Origin: Octopus bimaculoides
Lineage: Eukaryota
Length of the DNA: 64,000 nt
Assembly: GCF_001194135.2 (NCBI RefSeq)
Contig: NC_068982.1
Location: forward strand, 149,786,013 to 149,850,012
Reading direction: 5' to 3'
Both the position numbers and the translations under genes were made by a program. The notes under the pieces are model-generated. The model was not told the DNA's origin. It saw nothing but the letters and a program-made list of their open reading frames with translations, and searched no databases. This document shows, in pieces, positions 48,438 to 64,000 of the stretch (position 1 is its first letter; each line of letters opens with the position of its first letter).

Positions 48438-51400
48438 AATTTTAAGTCTAATATAACTCAGTGTGTGCTTTGAGCTTAATCTGTTCATATACTTTCATTT
48501 CTTGATTTTATTTTTGTCTCTCCTCTTACATTACAAAGGTTTGAAATACCTTCAACTAGACTGGTGCTTTCTGTTAAATATCTAATTCCTATGAGGAATT
48601 TACCATCAAAGCCTCTTCACTTAATAGGTCTTATTTTACTACGCAATGACCATACTGCTGGCTTTCTGACATTTTACTTTAGTGGCCTTATTAAACCCAT
48701 ACTCTCATACATCCACACACGCATACAAACAGCATAGCAACAACTATTAAAAGTACAATAAACAAAGCATACTGTGTAGTTAAATTGTTGCCAAGAATTT
48801 TTCAACATTTGTTTCTTTCTAAGTTATATATTACGGGGGAAATGCTTTCCCTAGTACTTGCTCTGCTGTTTAAGTCCTTAATTATCTCATTGCAGCATAA
48901 AATTAATCTTGTATTTTCAGTGTAAAATAGCAGAAACAATTTTCTAAAGGTAGATGTTAGTATCATTACTCAAAATTTTGGAGGCCCAGTTAAGTTTCAA
49001 TAGAATTGTTTATCGATTTTCAAGGAAACACAAATTACACGACTGTTTTAAGTTATTCCAGGATACTTTATTTAAATGAAAAGAAAGAAAAGGTGTTTAT
49101 TCCATTTAGTGATGTGATTAATTTGACAAATATCTGAACTGTCCATAATGGTTCACTGATGTTCTGTGATGTCTTATGAATTTCTGCCAGCCAATCAAAT
49201 ATGAATCGACAAAAATGAAGCAAACCAACCAAAATATTATAAGGAAATGTATTTAAAATTTTAAAAAAAAAGTTATTGAAGTAGGTTTGGAGAAAGCACT
49301 GTTTAATATGTGACAAAAAAAAGTGTAAATTAAAAAGCTTCCAATTTTGCTAAACCATGAGACTGATTCCATATTCACCTCATTATGTTGACTTCTTAAA
49401 TACTGGTAATATTCATTTTCATATAGATTCACCCATATGCAACTCATTTATATCTTAACAACTAGAATCTAAGAATTTATCGTTTGTGTATTGTAAAACT
49501 GTGATAATCTATGCTTTTTAAAAAGTTGAAATTATTTAAACTGCTTAATCTGGACTTTCTAGATATAAAAAAATATATATAATTTTTAAAAAAGCAAAAA
49601 AAAAATTTTTTTTTTTCTTTTCCACTCAAAAATATCTAAGAGGCATTTTGAATTGTAGCGAAATGTTTCATTTATAGGAAGTCTTAGTTCCAGTAATACA
49701 TATCTCATTATTTTTATTCTTCTGTTTCAATTGGCTGTAACTAATTCTGCTAACAACTACAGCTTTTCTAAATTCATCTATTTTTCTTTATCATTGCCCT
49801 ATGGATGATATTCTAAAAATTAAAAAAAAAAGAAAGTAAAAAGCCAAATTTTGGACAAATCATTGTCCCTCACTTTGAACCTTATGCATTTTGAAACATC
49901 ATTCCTTTGAGTTATTGGTCAGTAACTGCAATGTCTTTTTTATCTTGTTTTTTTATCCTCTTCATTTCTTTCTTCCATTCCATCCTTTTATCTTCTATGA
50001 GTATTTCATTGGTTAAAGGAGAAAGAAAATTTGTCAACTGGCCCCTCATGTTCTTATTCTGCCTGTATGTCTTTTAAAATATTTTGATTAACAATAACAA
50101 CAAATTCCTAAATATTGATAAAGAATATCTTTGCATTGGTGCTACTCTAAGGTTTCTTATACAGATCTTTTCCTCTTTTTACTTTATTATATTTTGGTTA
50201 TAGGAACTCGTTATTTTTCATATTTTACGATTGTTTTGAGTTTTAAAGGGTCACAAACACACACACACACACACACACAATGGAAACAAAAATCTAAAAT
50301 TCCTTGCCTTGAAAATTAGTCAGCAGCTCTCTTGTGCCTAGCAGTTGTGAAGTTACATTTCATTGCTGATCTCATTATATTGCTTTTACCTCTAACTGTA
50401 TAGCCCTCTTTTACTATATCATCCAGTTAGGCTATCATCTTGGTTGTATGTTTTTTGTTTTGTTTTTACTTTAATTTTCTGTAGAGTTAACCTTTTGAAA
50501 TACATTAAAGGTTGAAATTTATGTGTTAAAAATATTGTTGAAACATTTTTAATTTCTATTTTCTTACTCTCTAATTGATAAATAGAAAATTGTGTCTTCT
50601 TTCCTGCCTTTTCTTTTTTTTTTTTTTTTTTTTTTTTTTTTCTTGTATTTGTTAGGGAAGGGCTGGGTCTGCAGCTGTTCTGATCTTCATGAGGGAAGAA
50701 TTACACAAATGTTCTAGTCTTTATATCCCAATCTTTTAAACTGCTCCCAATTATAATATGAATGAAAGCTGTTAAAAAATACAAAATTACTTCTCAGTAT
50801 ATTAATATACAATGTATGAATATCAGTGGTTTCATGACAGGTGTGTGAAGTTGGTAAGATACATCAAAAGACTCCTTTGGAGCATCAGTCATAATAGTGG
50901 CAATGGAAGGTTAATATATAGTGTTAGAATAATAAAATTCATTTTTCTATTTAATTTCCATTGCTTTAACATTGATATTCTATATAAGCCTATCTGAAAT
51001 TGAATTAAATTGAATCATGTTTATTTAGGAAAAATTCTAAATCCTGCCATTATTCCACTATCAAATGACAGTTCTTAAAATGTTGAAATTTCAATCACTG
51101 CCCACTTTCTCTTCCACACAGTTTGGTTGTGGAATAAGAACTTTGCTCTGTTTATCCATTTATTCAGCTCAGAAGCTAGTAAGGATCTCAGCTGATGAAC
51201 CAATAATNNNNNNNNNNATTTTTTTTTTTTTTTTGTTCAGAGCATTAAAACAACAAAAAAGTCTATGAAAAAAATTTTTTAAAGACATCAAGATCTACTT
51301 ATTGTAGTTATTGCCAAACTATATTACAACTTCTTTCAAATCAAACTTAATTCTGGTTTGTTTATTTTCATTCAATAAATTAAATTTATCATTCAAACAA

Positions 51401-51724
51401 TGCAAATAACTTTTACTGTAGATATATAAATACTCAAAATTTAAAATTAAATAAAAAGAAACAAAATCTGTTGTAAGCCTTCTAGTTTTAAAAATTATGC
51501 TCAAATTAAAAGTAAGACAGTCAGATTTTTTTAATTGCTACCAAAAGCCTATACTTTTCTCCTTTCATAAAAAACAAAAAACAAAAAAAAATGTTGCCAA
51601 TGTTCAAATATAAAACATGTAATAAGAGAGCTGTTGCTATAAACCCACAATGTTACTATCAGTTTAAGAAGTTTAATATTTTCAAAATTATTAATTGAAC
51701 ACTTTCATTCATTTGATAAGATTA

Positions 51725-51885
51725 GACATTAGTGACTCAGAATAAGATAACTGGACAGAATGTCTTTCAGTATTTAGTTTCATCCTTCTGTATTTGGAAT
51801 TCAAATCATGCTGGGATCAACTTTACTTTTATTTCTCCAAGAGTGATTAAAATAAGTACCAATCATGTACTGTGGTTGACTTAAT
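51725..51885 (+). mobile_element. Decayed tRNA-head SINE, second family
   Basis: GAATTCAAATC...ATCAACTTT...AAAATAAGTACC, shared with the 53005 copy. Confidence 0.6.
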
Positions 51886-53004
51886 TTACCATATTCCTTC
51901 CCTGCAAGATTGTGGTCTACTACAAATGTAAAACGTCATTAGCTTTATAAAGTTGGCAAAATTCTAAGCTCATTTTAAAAATTAGTTGGAATTTCATCTT
52001 TTTCCCTCACATTTTGTATTTTAGTTTTTCACTGAAACTTGACAATCGACTACTGATTTGTAATTATGACTATCCTTTGGATCCAAACCATTGTTCATCT
52101 TTGTATAGCATTCTTTAATTCATTTTCTACACATTTTTTATTCTCTTCTTGCCTCACACTTGTCATAATGCTCTCTTTTTCTCTTTCTCATATGATGCTA
52201 TTGACTTCCTCCCATATATTTTCCTACCTTTGTAAGTTAGCAGATATTACTGTTGAGAAAACCTCACTAATTACTTAGTTTTATTTCTATCATTTCTTCA
52301 ATACTTGTGTGATTAAACGTCGCTTATTTTTGTAAAATCACATTTGGAATTAGAAAACATTTCATTGGAAATGCATTAAAAGTTGATTGTCTTATGTCAC
52401 AGTATGGGATTATTTCTCTCATACAGAGCTTCAAACATTGATCCTTTCAAAGTCCCTAAAAAATCTGATCTGACCAAAAATATATCCATACTTGAGATGA
52501 CATAGACATACATGTATTTATTTCATAGGTTCAAATTGGGAACATTGAATGCATTTATTCCTGTTACTAGGTTTAAATGCTGGTCCAGACTACGGTAATA
52601 AATATACTGCTCAAAGAATATGTGAATATTAGACAAAAAGAAAGGTATCAGACATGTGCTCCTGATTAAAAGTTGTTTTCATTGATCTCTTTGTCATTTT
52701 GTAGTTTTATCAACGACATACTGCTAGAGGTATTATGAAAGATGCTGTTCAGTTATATGTTAAGACGGTTCATAAGTTAGAATATTGATGAACTTCAAAT
52801 ATAAGCTGGAGTTGTGCAATCATTCTGCCTTCTCTCTCTCCATTGTCTTTCAAGGACCATAGCTTCCTTACTTCTTATTTCTGTCAAAATAAAGCCCTCA
52901 TAGATACTGTGATAGAAAGTTATTAATTATTTTTACCAATTTCAATCAACTTACTTTCTGTTCTTGGGTTTTCTTATTACTGTTATTGTTATTATTATGA
53001 GTAC

Positions 53005-53225
53005 TTTCACGAGGGTGGTGTGAGGACTAAGACAGTAAGGCATTGGGCTAAATGCTTTGCAGCATAAAGTTTTGCCCCTTTTGGATCTGAATTCAAATCC
53101 CACCGGGGTCAACTTTGCCTTTCATCCTTCTTAGGTTGATAAAATAAGTACTAGTTATATTCTGGATCAATTCAGCCAACTGTATATCTCCCTTAAAAAT
53201 TTGGCTGTGTGCCAAATCAAAAGAA
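53005..53225 (+). mobile_element. tRNA-head SINE, second family
   Basis: GAATTCAAATCCC (B-box-like), then GTCAACTTTGCCTTTCATCCTT...GATAAAATAAGTAC. Confidence 0.7.
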
Positions 53226-56200
53226 ATCAATTATATAGTATCACCAATATCAATAACATTTCTTTTTAATGGATTACTGGATTTTTGTTGGTAATTTGAG
53301 AAATTTTTACAAAGAGAAAACTAGTCTGCTTATCTAATATCTTTTCCAGTTCTGCCTTACTCTTATTTAAATAACAAGCTAAATATACTTGGATATTTAA
53401 TTATTTATATTGGTTTCTTTTCTCTTTTCTTTTTTTGTTTTTTGTTTTTTGTTTTGGTGCTTTATTTATAGCTGATTTCATATTAAGTTTACTTAGAAAC
53501 ATTAGGCTCTTAATCATGAAGAAGCAAGGCATGTGAAAGAAATGTCAAATTTCTTGATTGGAAAACATATCTAAAGGAAGAGGAGGAGAAAATCTTTTTC
53601 AAGTGAAGAGTAATATTTTTAAAAGTCATATATTTCAAACGAAAAAATATATACGTATATCTATATAATATATCTTATAAAGATTTGTAAAAAGATGTTT
53701 CTTTATCTTTTTTTTTTCTTTTAAGCTGTCCCATCTGAAAAAAAAAAAAAATTAATATAAAAATTGCTGTGACTTATTCCCATTATCATTTGTCATTTAG
53801 TCACAGCTAACAGTTCTTTGCTGTGATAAACATTCTTAAATCTTTTGATGCTTCTGCTAGGGTGTCTTTGAACATGTTGACAAAGAATGAACAAAATTAG
53901 AATCAGTTAGAGGAGAATGTTTGAAAATTGGCTTTTGTTTCAAACAATCTCAGATTTTAAACATAGGGCATCATTCCATCAGCCAGGGTATAAAATAGAA
54001 GATTTATTGAACAACTGACTCTTATTTAGGCATACTAAGCATTGTTCTTTCATGTTAGTAAGAACAGTATTTTAGATGATACTAAAAATTTTACATGGTC
54101 AGCATGTAATTTCCCTTTATGCAGGCAAAACATATTATCAAATATAAGTTGTTGTTTTTTTTTGTCATTATTATTTTTAACAATATATGTTACAAATTTC
54201 CATCCAGTGTAGCATCAAGTTATTTACTTTATATTCTTTTTCTAAAAATTATTTGCCATCTTCATTACTTCCTTTCTTTATAATTACCCCCTACCTTACT
54301 CCCCTCCCCCCCAAAAAAGAAAGAAAGAAAAAAACTCAAAATTTATTTCTTTTGTTAGCCTTTATTAAAATTTTGCTGGAATGACATGTACAAAACATTG
54401 ATATTTATATACCATTCTGGCTGCACCACTGCTATGAGGAATCTAATATGACCATTATTTCTCCACCCTGTTTATCTTCGACCTCTTCTTTAAAAAAAAA
54501 AAATTAAAACAAAAAAGCATTTCCTGCCTTGCTTACATGGAATAATGTGAAGCCTACTTTCTTCCAACGGCAACGCCACCACTCCTCAACCCCACCACAC
54601 CTGCAATACCAACGACAATAATAATAGCAGTCCCGTTGCTCATTTAAAAGTGAAAGTGCTTTAAATACTGTAATTGAATTTTAAAAAGAAAAATATTGGA
54701 TGCATTTGAGTATGTGTATATGTTTATGTATCTATATGTAATACAGACATAGACACACATTTCCTTGAATGTGGCTATGAAATATAAATATGCCAATTAG
54801 AGATTAGGTAGTTTGAAGAAAAAACCTGATTTGATCATTTCTGCTGTTTTTACTACATATTAAAATTCCCTATTGTTGTAGGAAATACTACTAGCCTTTG
54901 ATTTTATTACAAACAAGAATGACTTTGGAGTAAGATTTTGGTTCAGAGAATTATTATAGAGTCAGTTATTTGGAGCTTACTGAAGAATGAAAGACAAAAG
55001 TTAGCAAGTTCAGATTGCTCAATCTGACTTTGTCTTCAAAATCTCGTACACTTCATATTGTACTAGTTCCACTGTTCTCTATCACTGTTATAATTGTTCC
55101 AAAACAAAGTATGTTCTATTTTAATCGTTTTAATTTTTAACTGTTTGGTTTCACTGAACTTCTTAATATATGTAGTTAAGTTTTAATTCTTTTTTTTTTT
55201 TTCTCCTTCAAACTTATGTTTGAACAAGAAAAATACATAGAAAAGAACTCTATCAAAAAAACAAAAGATATAATCTTATACATATGCAAACTCATACACA
55301 TTGTCGCTGTTTGTTGTTTTGTATGATTATTATTGTGCCAAAAGCAAAAATTCTTGGCCAAGCAAAACTTGTCTAATTACAACAATTGATAGCAGTTATT
55401 TCTATGACTATATATTGAAACAAATTATTTAAAAATATATAATGGAAACAATGAAAATGATATTTACTGCAAAAAAAAAAGAAAATACTAAAAAAATCAT
55501 TTCAAACAATTAAAATGATCAGTTTCACAACTCGTTCCCTCCTTAACTTGTTGCACTGCCATAAAGGGGTATGTGAGCAGCCATAACTATATTCAAAACT
55601 TCTGGATTGGGATAGACTTCTGCCCCTACTAGTCTAACGAAAAAAAAAAAGGCCAAACCATAATGAACATCTTGCAAAAATAAAGACAAAATTAAACCTA
55701 TTACCTGGATGGTTGGATGGATATGTAGTTATTGAAAGCAAAATACTTGTTACTAAACATATCTGGTTTTGGTGTGTGTGTGTGTTTTGTTTGTAATTTT
55801 CTTTAGAAATTATATGAAACATTAATTAGTATTTAGGCTTATATTTCATTACATCACATACTACATACAGTTTGGCAAGTGTCGTATTTAAACTACTCAG
55901 TATTTATAATACCTGTTTTTCAAAAGCGTTTTCTGTTACAAATTGTTTCTGCTTATGCTGCGTTTACTCCAGTTCTGTTCTTTGTATATTTTTTTCTTAA
56001 TTTATTATATGTTTTTGTGTATACATACATATGACTGTGGTTTTCTATTTGTGTGTGTGTATGTGTGCATGTGCTATTAAAATATACCTTCTAGAACCTT
56101 CCCCTCCCCTACTTTAAATTCAGTAGAATGGGGGACATTTATTAGATTATGGTTCAGTTGTATATTAATAGATTATAAAGAAAGTTTTGATGTCAAACAG

Positions 56201-59200
56201 TTTAAGTTTTAATATCTAATGGAGGTTTTAATTAACCTATTTTAAATGTGAGTATATGAACAGTATTATAGCACATATCATTTTGAAACTTTCTGTATCT
56301 TCTAGTTTAGAAAGACAGTAATATTCAGTAATAATGCATCTATATATACACATATATGTATGTATGTATAGATAGATAGATATCTTGTCTTTCTTGTATT
56401 ATTAAGTCTAGATAATTTGATATAATCTTCAAACTACTATCATATGAATCTTTTTCAAATATAATTCAAATCACATCCAGATGTTCAAATGCTATAGACT
56501 GTAAGCATTCAAAGCTTCCCACTGCGGTACATTTGTTTATATGCCTTTAAATATGAGGTATTGTTCTGGACTTTAAGAAAGCTGTGACAGTATTTCATAG
56601 TACATCTTGGTGAATCTTGAATCCAGCTCTTGTGTATGCTTCACATATACATGTTTATCTTCTTTTACTTTGTTTTGTATAAATATTTCTTATGATGATA
56701 ACAACATCTATTTGTATTAATAATGGGTTCATCAGCCGAAAATTATGTGAAGCAAGAGTATAAATTTAACTTAATATCTGAACATTCTGGTGGTTGCTTT
56801 TTTTATAAATAATACTTGCATAAATAAGCAGGCAAGATAATAATGTTCAGTTAAATCTTATTATAAAGGCTAAACAACCAGTAGTAACACAATGACTTTG
56901 TGATCCTTTTGTTTAATTTGCTACTCATATGTATTTGCTAATCTGATATCCATTGACATATCTTTCATTTTTTTAACTAAATTAGTGAATAAAATTACTA
57001 AGAACAAGAAAATAATTGAATGTAGGATTTTGTATTCTAAAGAAGAATACTGTGTAGGAGAATAAAAATAAAATGTATTACATCTTTTTGGTTCATATAT
57101 TGAAGATTGAAATTAAAACTCTACATCTGGTATAGGTTCTCTACAAATAATTTCTTGCTGTCTTTCACCTCCTTCTCCCTGTTTCTGTTTTCTTTTTTGG
57201 AGTAAGTTCCAGTACTACTAAGCTTGTCAACTCCACTCCAAATTTTAATTCTGTTGACACTGTCATGCTATCCCAAGTATTTCAAAGTAACATATCTTGA
57301 AATATCTGAGTGCTGGGAAGTATTTTCATCTTTTCCCTCTCAACAATAATATTTAATCAGATTACTCAAATCTAAAATACTTCAAACTTGTGAACAGAAA
57401 TCTTAACAATTAACTGAATTACTTCAAGGTACTGATCTAGTCAACGCATATATTTTGATTACTGACTTGAGTGATTAAGATAATCTTCATTTGAGGCAAT
57501 GATAATAATTAAATTTGTATTAAGCCCATCTTTTACACATATTGCTCTAGTTGGGGAATTACTTTTATTGACTAGATTTCTTCAACATCACTGGGTGTGA
57601 AAAGAAATAATTATTTTGAACCTATAAGGTATATTTTGCTTTTAATTCTTTATATATATATATATATATATNNNNNNNNNNNNNNNNNNNNNNNNNNNNN
57701 NNNNNNNNNNNNNNNNNNNNNNNNNNNNNNNNNNNNNNNNNNNNNNNNNNNNNNNNNNNNNNNNNNNNNNNNNNNNNNNNNNNNNNNNNNNNNNNNNNNN
57801 NNNNNNNNNNNTTTTATATTCTCCTACCTCAATGACATAGACTGATTGTCCCTACATAAAAAGTTTGGAAATTTAACATGGAACTGTTTTGTATGGAGCT
57901 GTTTTCTCTTAGTTGGGAGATTTATGTAAAGTTGATAGGCTGGAAGAAAATATAAATTAACAAAATACTCTAAAAAAAAAAATCAATTAAAAATATTCTG
58001 TAAATGATGGTGAATTGTTACTAAATCCTTCCAAAATTGAATATATCTTTTTTTTTTTTTTCCTTCTTTTTAAAGTTGAAATTGTCCATTGTATGCGTGT
58101 GTATTTATAGATGTTACAGGCGTGTATAAGTGGTATGGTTTTGTTAGTTATCACTTTGAATATTGATTTCTAAGCACAAGCCTTATGAAAACATAAAATG
58201 CAAATTAGATGATTTTAAAAATGCACTTCCTATTGTGTGTTTTTATAGCATTTTTGTGATGATTCAGATACTCTTTTTGCCGGATGATGCTCTTCAACTT
58301 GAAAGTTGTTGTGGGTGTTCTTTCAAAGACATTTTTGACTCCAATTCATATGAAAGTATGCTTTTAGCAGTGTATTTCTGTTTGGTTGTTTCTTTTGATA
58401 AGTGAATTTTTATGGAGATTGTTCCTTATATTTTTTCAAGAAATGAGATTTGCTCCAAGGCAGTAATAAAAACTGTATCAATGTCAACAATTTATAATTT
58501 ACTATTACAATCTGAGCTAGCTGGTTTAATTTGTATTGAAAAGAAGCATCTTTTTCTTACTATAAATATCCCTTAGATGTTTTTATTTTGTTGCATTTTT
58601 TAATTCAGTTAGAAAACAAAATGTTTTTTACTGTTTTGAATCTAATGAAAATACTAAGTTTAAAAACTTGAAAAAATTCATAAGTAAATTAAGCTCATTA
58701 AGATCCTTTGTAGTCAGTTGCTGTGGATTTTTATCATTTTTTAAAATCATTATATAATTTTTTCTACCTTCTTATTAGTGTATCAGATATTGTTTATTAG
58801 TTTGCTTCTGAACACTTCTTTCCTAATTTTTTTCATTTTTTCCCTCTAACATATTGTTCGTAAACCTTAAATTTGAATACTATAACAAAGATCAAAAGTA
58901 AACTTTGATTAGCTTTTTTAGCTGCACCATTCTGTCTTTATAACGGGATATGCTGTTCTAAAATATGTGATGACATTGAACATGTAGCTCTTGTTTTAAA
59001 GACAGTGAGGAATTCATTGTAGATTTGACTATTAAATCAGTTAGTGTCTATACAGGAACTCCTTGTTTATTCCAGGGTAATTATTCCATAATTTAGCTAA
59101 ATATAATCATGTCTGCAAATCATCTTGCATATGTGACAGTCAATTTATTTTAAGTGTCTGTACCTATTTCCTCTTCACTCTAACTTCCTATCTGAAAGAG

Positions 59201-61483
59201 CTTTATAAAATAAGTATTAAAATAGTTTACAGATTTATTTCAAAACCCTGTAGCTAAATATTACACATTCCATTTTTGCTATTAATGTTTGTGTTCTCGT
59301 TCAATATATATTTCCTTATTATCTTTAATCTCAAGTTTGCTGAAATTCTTAATATAGAAAAATTTCCAGATTCCTAAAATCTATCAGTATAAGAAATTAT
59401 TTTGTTTCAAATTATTATTTAAAGAAGTAAATTATTCATTTTTTTTTTCTAATTTTTTTTTGCAACCTCGTAAATGATATACACTTGTACCATTTACTTT
59501 TTCCAAATGTTTTTTATAATGTTTTTTTTTTTCTGTTGAGGTTTATATGAAACTTAAACAGTTTTTAAACTGTTGAACGACTTGTAAGATGAACCTGCCA
59601 ATATGTGTATTTAAACAGCAGTATATCCTAGTCCATGCTAACATTAAGAATGCAATTAACCAAGAAAATTGTAAATTCTGTGATGTATTAAAGAAACAGC
59701 AGTAGATTTACATTTTTGTGGCTTGTCATTGTGAACATAAAGTGGATCGCAAGATATTTTTGTATTTTAACAATAGTTAGTGTCTCCATCATACAGCTTA
59801 TTCTTTCATGGAATTTCCAAATTTGATTAGTAATCAATGGAGCTTGTTCTCATGTTCTTTTTTTATTTTTCATTTTATGTTCTTGTTTATTATTTTCTAA
59901 TCTTTTATTTGTTATTGCTTTTGTGTCTTGCGCTGAATACACTGATGCCTTTCTTAAGGAAACAACCTTCTTACCAAATTCTTGCCGTCTTTACTGAGAG
60001 AAAAAAAAATAGTTATTAACTTTAATAAAAATAGAAGATAATAATGAACAATAAACATATTTGCACAAGAAACCATTCCATATTTATCAACTGACCATTC
60101 TGCTTCTTGGTATTCTTTGCTTAAAGCAATGTTTATTTCTCTAATTAACCAGAAGTTAAAAAAATAGTTTTGTGTGAGCCTAGCTTCTGGATACTTATGA
60201 AACGAACTAGCTACTACCAGTTTTAAAAATAACTCAATTCATCTTTAAATTAGTTTTGTTCTTTCAAGCTACTTAGCCAAAAGATCACCATCATAATACT
60301 GAAGGTTGGTGAATATCAGTAGCACTTTTGAAATACTAAAATATTTAGATATCTCCAAACTATATAATATAAAGAAAGCAAGAAAAAAAAATCTAATGTT
60401 CTATTTGAAGGTGCCCCACTCCCTCCTCTGCATTCTTTGTGAATATTTGAATATCCAGAACCATATGGTGCTGTGAATCTCAGGGATACTCTGAACAGCA
60501 AGAAGGCAGAATGTACTGGTATTATATAAATCACTTGTTGAAGAACATCATCATTATTTGTAATCAAAGTACTTACACATACCAATCCTATTCTATGGTA
60601 CAAATACATGTTTCTGTGTACATTTGAATCTAAATAAACTTTTGACAAATAGATGGTTTTAACATTAGAAAAAAGCTTTACCTCTGCAAATTACTAAAAA
60701 CAAAAAAAAAACAAAAAAAATTCATAGTGCCCTTCATGGTGCTAATACCATCTAAACATTTCTCTCCCTTCTAATTCCTCTCCCTCCGGCACTTCCCTCC
60801 ATTTAACCTGTTCACATATACTACCAATGCTGCTGGTGCATATAGAAGGGAGATGCAGAGCATTTTAATGTTCTTTCACAAAATGTGTATCTTATAGAAC
60901 TGCTGAGGAAATACTGTGAACTGTAATAGAAACCTGTCTTGTGAATTCTCCTCACACAATAGATGCACACGGGTAAAATTACAAAATGTCTGTACCAAGC
61001 ATGCTTATATGTATGCATGTGTGTCAGCTACAATCAATCACTCTCTAGACCTTTTTTGTCTTTTGCAATCAATTGGTTTAATAAAAATGTATAAAAAAAA
61101 AGAGAGAAAGAAGAGGTAAAAAAAAATTATTGGACTATGTCACTAGTTATGGGTATACATTTGTAGCCTATTAAGTCTTTGCCTATAAACATTTCTTAAC
61201 TCAGCACCATTTTTTCTATTCATTATTCGTAGCTAGTTGACACTCCTGGAATGATGTTTTTTAATGTATCAAATTGTGAGTTATTGAAAATTGAATGACT
61301 GTTAGCTTTACTGAGTAAGGAAAAAAAAAGAATATGTTAATACATTTTAGTGCATTAAACTGAGGATAATAATCATCTCCTCTTGCTGGCATCCTAGTTG
61401 CTCTTAGTTCTAAAGTGATATTTTGATATTTCTATGTGTAACAATCTAAGTAAATTTGTGTGTGTGTGTATATACGTATGTAA

Positions 61484-61533
<50 letters not shown>

Positions 61534-61634
61534 TTATATACAAAAATGTCTATATGTATACATATACACAAATATGTATGTTTACAAATATACATCTATG
61601 CATATGTATATATGTTAACATATATACATGTGTG

Positions 61635-61665
<31 letters not shown>

Positions 61666-62104
61666 TTACATACGTACACATACACACCACATACATACAA
61701 ACACACAAACACAAGTTTGTTGCTATATATTTGGTCATTACCTGTGGTTGACCTTTTGGAAATGTATAGAATTATCCTGAATCAAGCTATGATTGTTTTT
61801 AAAAATATCTTATATTTTATGTCTCACATATACACACAGGTGCATACTCACATAAATATTTCATGTTTTGGTTTAATAACTATAATTTTATCATATCGAC
61901 TCGTGACCATTTTCATAGATTTCCAAGCTATTTCCACACTACCAGACTCCCCTTGTATATAAACAAAAGGGAAGAAAGCCTTGTTAATATGTCTTGAAAT
62001 TTTGGAGCCATAACTACAAATATGTTGTTAATTGTTGTCTTGTTTAACTAGTTATAGAATGCTATTGGTTTGAATAATTTCAATATTGGTAAAAGTTTTG
62101 TGCA

Positions 62105-62156
<52 letters not shown>

Positions 62157-63963
62157 ACAATGATAATAATAAACTAACTGTAACTCTTCAGCTAAACTAG
62201 CTAAATTGCTAACAGCTGGAAGAATTTCTCTTGTCTAAGGATGAGAATATTTAAAATTAATTTTCAATTCTTTCTTCTCTTTCCCTTACTGCTCCAATGT
62301 CACCTCCAGCCTGACCCATCTTGTTATGTTTTTATCTAGTCAAAACCATCTTGCCTGCTAATATGAATCCATATTAATGAATTCCTGTTCCTCTCCACAG
62401 TTGTTAGTTCCAAATACAACTTCTTTGCTTTAAGTAAAAAAAAAAAAAACTGAAAATCCTGTCCACCTCTAGATTAACTCGATTAAGCATTCCTCTTGTG
62501 ATCTTTGGTCATTTCAATTGTGTGTATGTGTGTATATATATGTGCATGTGTATATATATATATGTGTGTGTGTATATACACACACACACACACATATATA
62601 TTTAGCACACAAACATGCATGCACACATAATAAACCCCATGAACAATTGATTTAATTGGGGGTAGAAACTTATCAGTAGGATGCTAGTGGAACATATTAT
62701 GCAAGCACACTCTAAATTGCGAAAACAAACTATAAACTCTGGAAAACAAATCCTACGGTAGAGAAAATGACTGTTCTGTTCAGGTTTTTAATATTGGTTG
62801 GGGATACTAGTCACTGATATCATTGATCCCGATGTGATTGCTTATGATTAGGAAAAGCAAAAAAAAAAAAAATGACAAATAAAACAAAAGAAAAATTAAA
62901 AACAAAAAATATCAACCGAAGATGTCTTAATGAAACTACTGGATATACAACTTTACCTGCTATATATGTGCATTCCTGCACATCTGTATGTCACAGACTC
63001 TGTTTTTGTTGATGAAGCTATTTGATGCATTTTATATCAAGTGATGTAGTGAATGCAAGGCTGCTGGTTTAAATATTTGCTTGTGCTTCCAAAAGCATTA
63101 ATGAATCTACTTGACCAGCCACATACTTAAAGAGGTTATACAGAAATTTTATACTATCCTTCAACTTGCATAATGAAACGAAAAACAAATGTGCCCACAA
63201 AAGAGAAAGCTTGTCTATTTACTGTAAAATTGTCTATCAACTGCCCTACTATGTTACTCCATGGCTGCTTCTTCTATTCACATAGTAGATTCCAAACTAC
63301 CTGCTATTAATTTGGGCTCATTTTGGTAATACCTCTTTATAGCCTTCTGGGAATGGGGATATGAAAACGTTAAGAGAATATTAAGCAGTGTAATTAATTA
63401 GCAAGCTATTAATTTGGTTGTCATTCACAAGAAGTTTATGTGTATACATGTGTGCTATATGAAATTGCTGCACATACACAAACATATAGAAATACATCAA
63501 CACTTAAACAGATTCATATACATAGTTATGTATGTGCGTATGGTTTTATATATATATATAATTTCCATGCATGCCTGCATCCACACATATGTCTACATAT
63601 AAACACATATATATCACTACATTCATATAGTGAAAATAATCTTAATTAAGCTGGCACTGCTTAAATGCAGGTAGCATCAGTTTATTATTATTTTTATTTA
63701 TAGACTAGTATTACTTCTGCAAGATGAAAAGAAGCAAAAATTCCCAAATGTTTATCAACTTGGAAAAGAAGTTCTAGTCTAGTCTTTTATTTATTTTTTA
63801 ATAATAAGAAGGAAGAGGAGGGAGCTTTATTGAATTTCACAATTCCTGCCATGCTTTGGGTGATAGAGTATATACTAAAAATTATTTTTTGTTTTACTAT
63901 TCTACCAATGTTCCTGTTAGTTAACCAATTGAGATAACTATCTGCTGATGATATTGGGCTGCA

Positions 63964-63997
<34 letters not shown>

Positions 63998-64000
63998 TTT

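Noticed and set aside
60316-60648. 110-aa minus-strand ORF in a slightly GC-richer patch
   Set aside because: No motif I can name with confidence and no splice context; possibly a decayed TE, which needs a database search.
43952-63649. ORFs rich in YI/CV/HT repeats and X-containing ORFs
   Set aside because: Translations of (TA)n/(CA)n/(TG)n microsatellites and N-gaps.

Overview
AT-rich, microsatellite- and SINE-laden animal genomic DNA with six N-gaps. The repeat families and (TA)n/(CA)n density suggest a coleoid cephalopod such as Octopus (inference). The window holds one convincing multi-exon gene on the + strand, a GW182/TNRC6 (gawky) orthologue, the miRNA-silencing effector. Eight coding exons (24060-26758, 28599-28721, 33102-33248, 34716-34802, 35302-35359, 35900-37699, 40465-40526, 41224-41706) have AG/GT boundaries and compatible phases. 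They encode a GW/WG-rich Argonaute-binding region, UBA, Q-rich region, CIM-1, PAM2, RRM and an LWG tail (about 1830-1855 aa depending on N-terminus). Three upstream candidate exons (5486-5546, 16464-16502, 22396-22447/22562) can be combined into three in-frame N-termini and splice-made uORFs; the promoter is probably upstream of the window. Introns carry RTE and Penelope-like remnants, SINEs, a ~40-bp degenerate minisatellite and a perfect 16-bp hairpin. No coding exons were recognised after 41.7 kb. The leads below are mostly splicing, RNA-structure and feedback hypotheses around GW182; none is proven novel from sequence alone.
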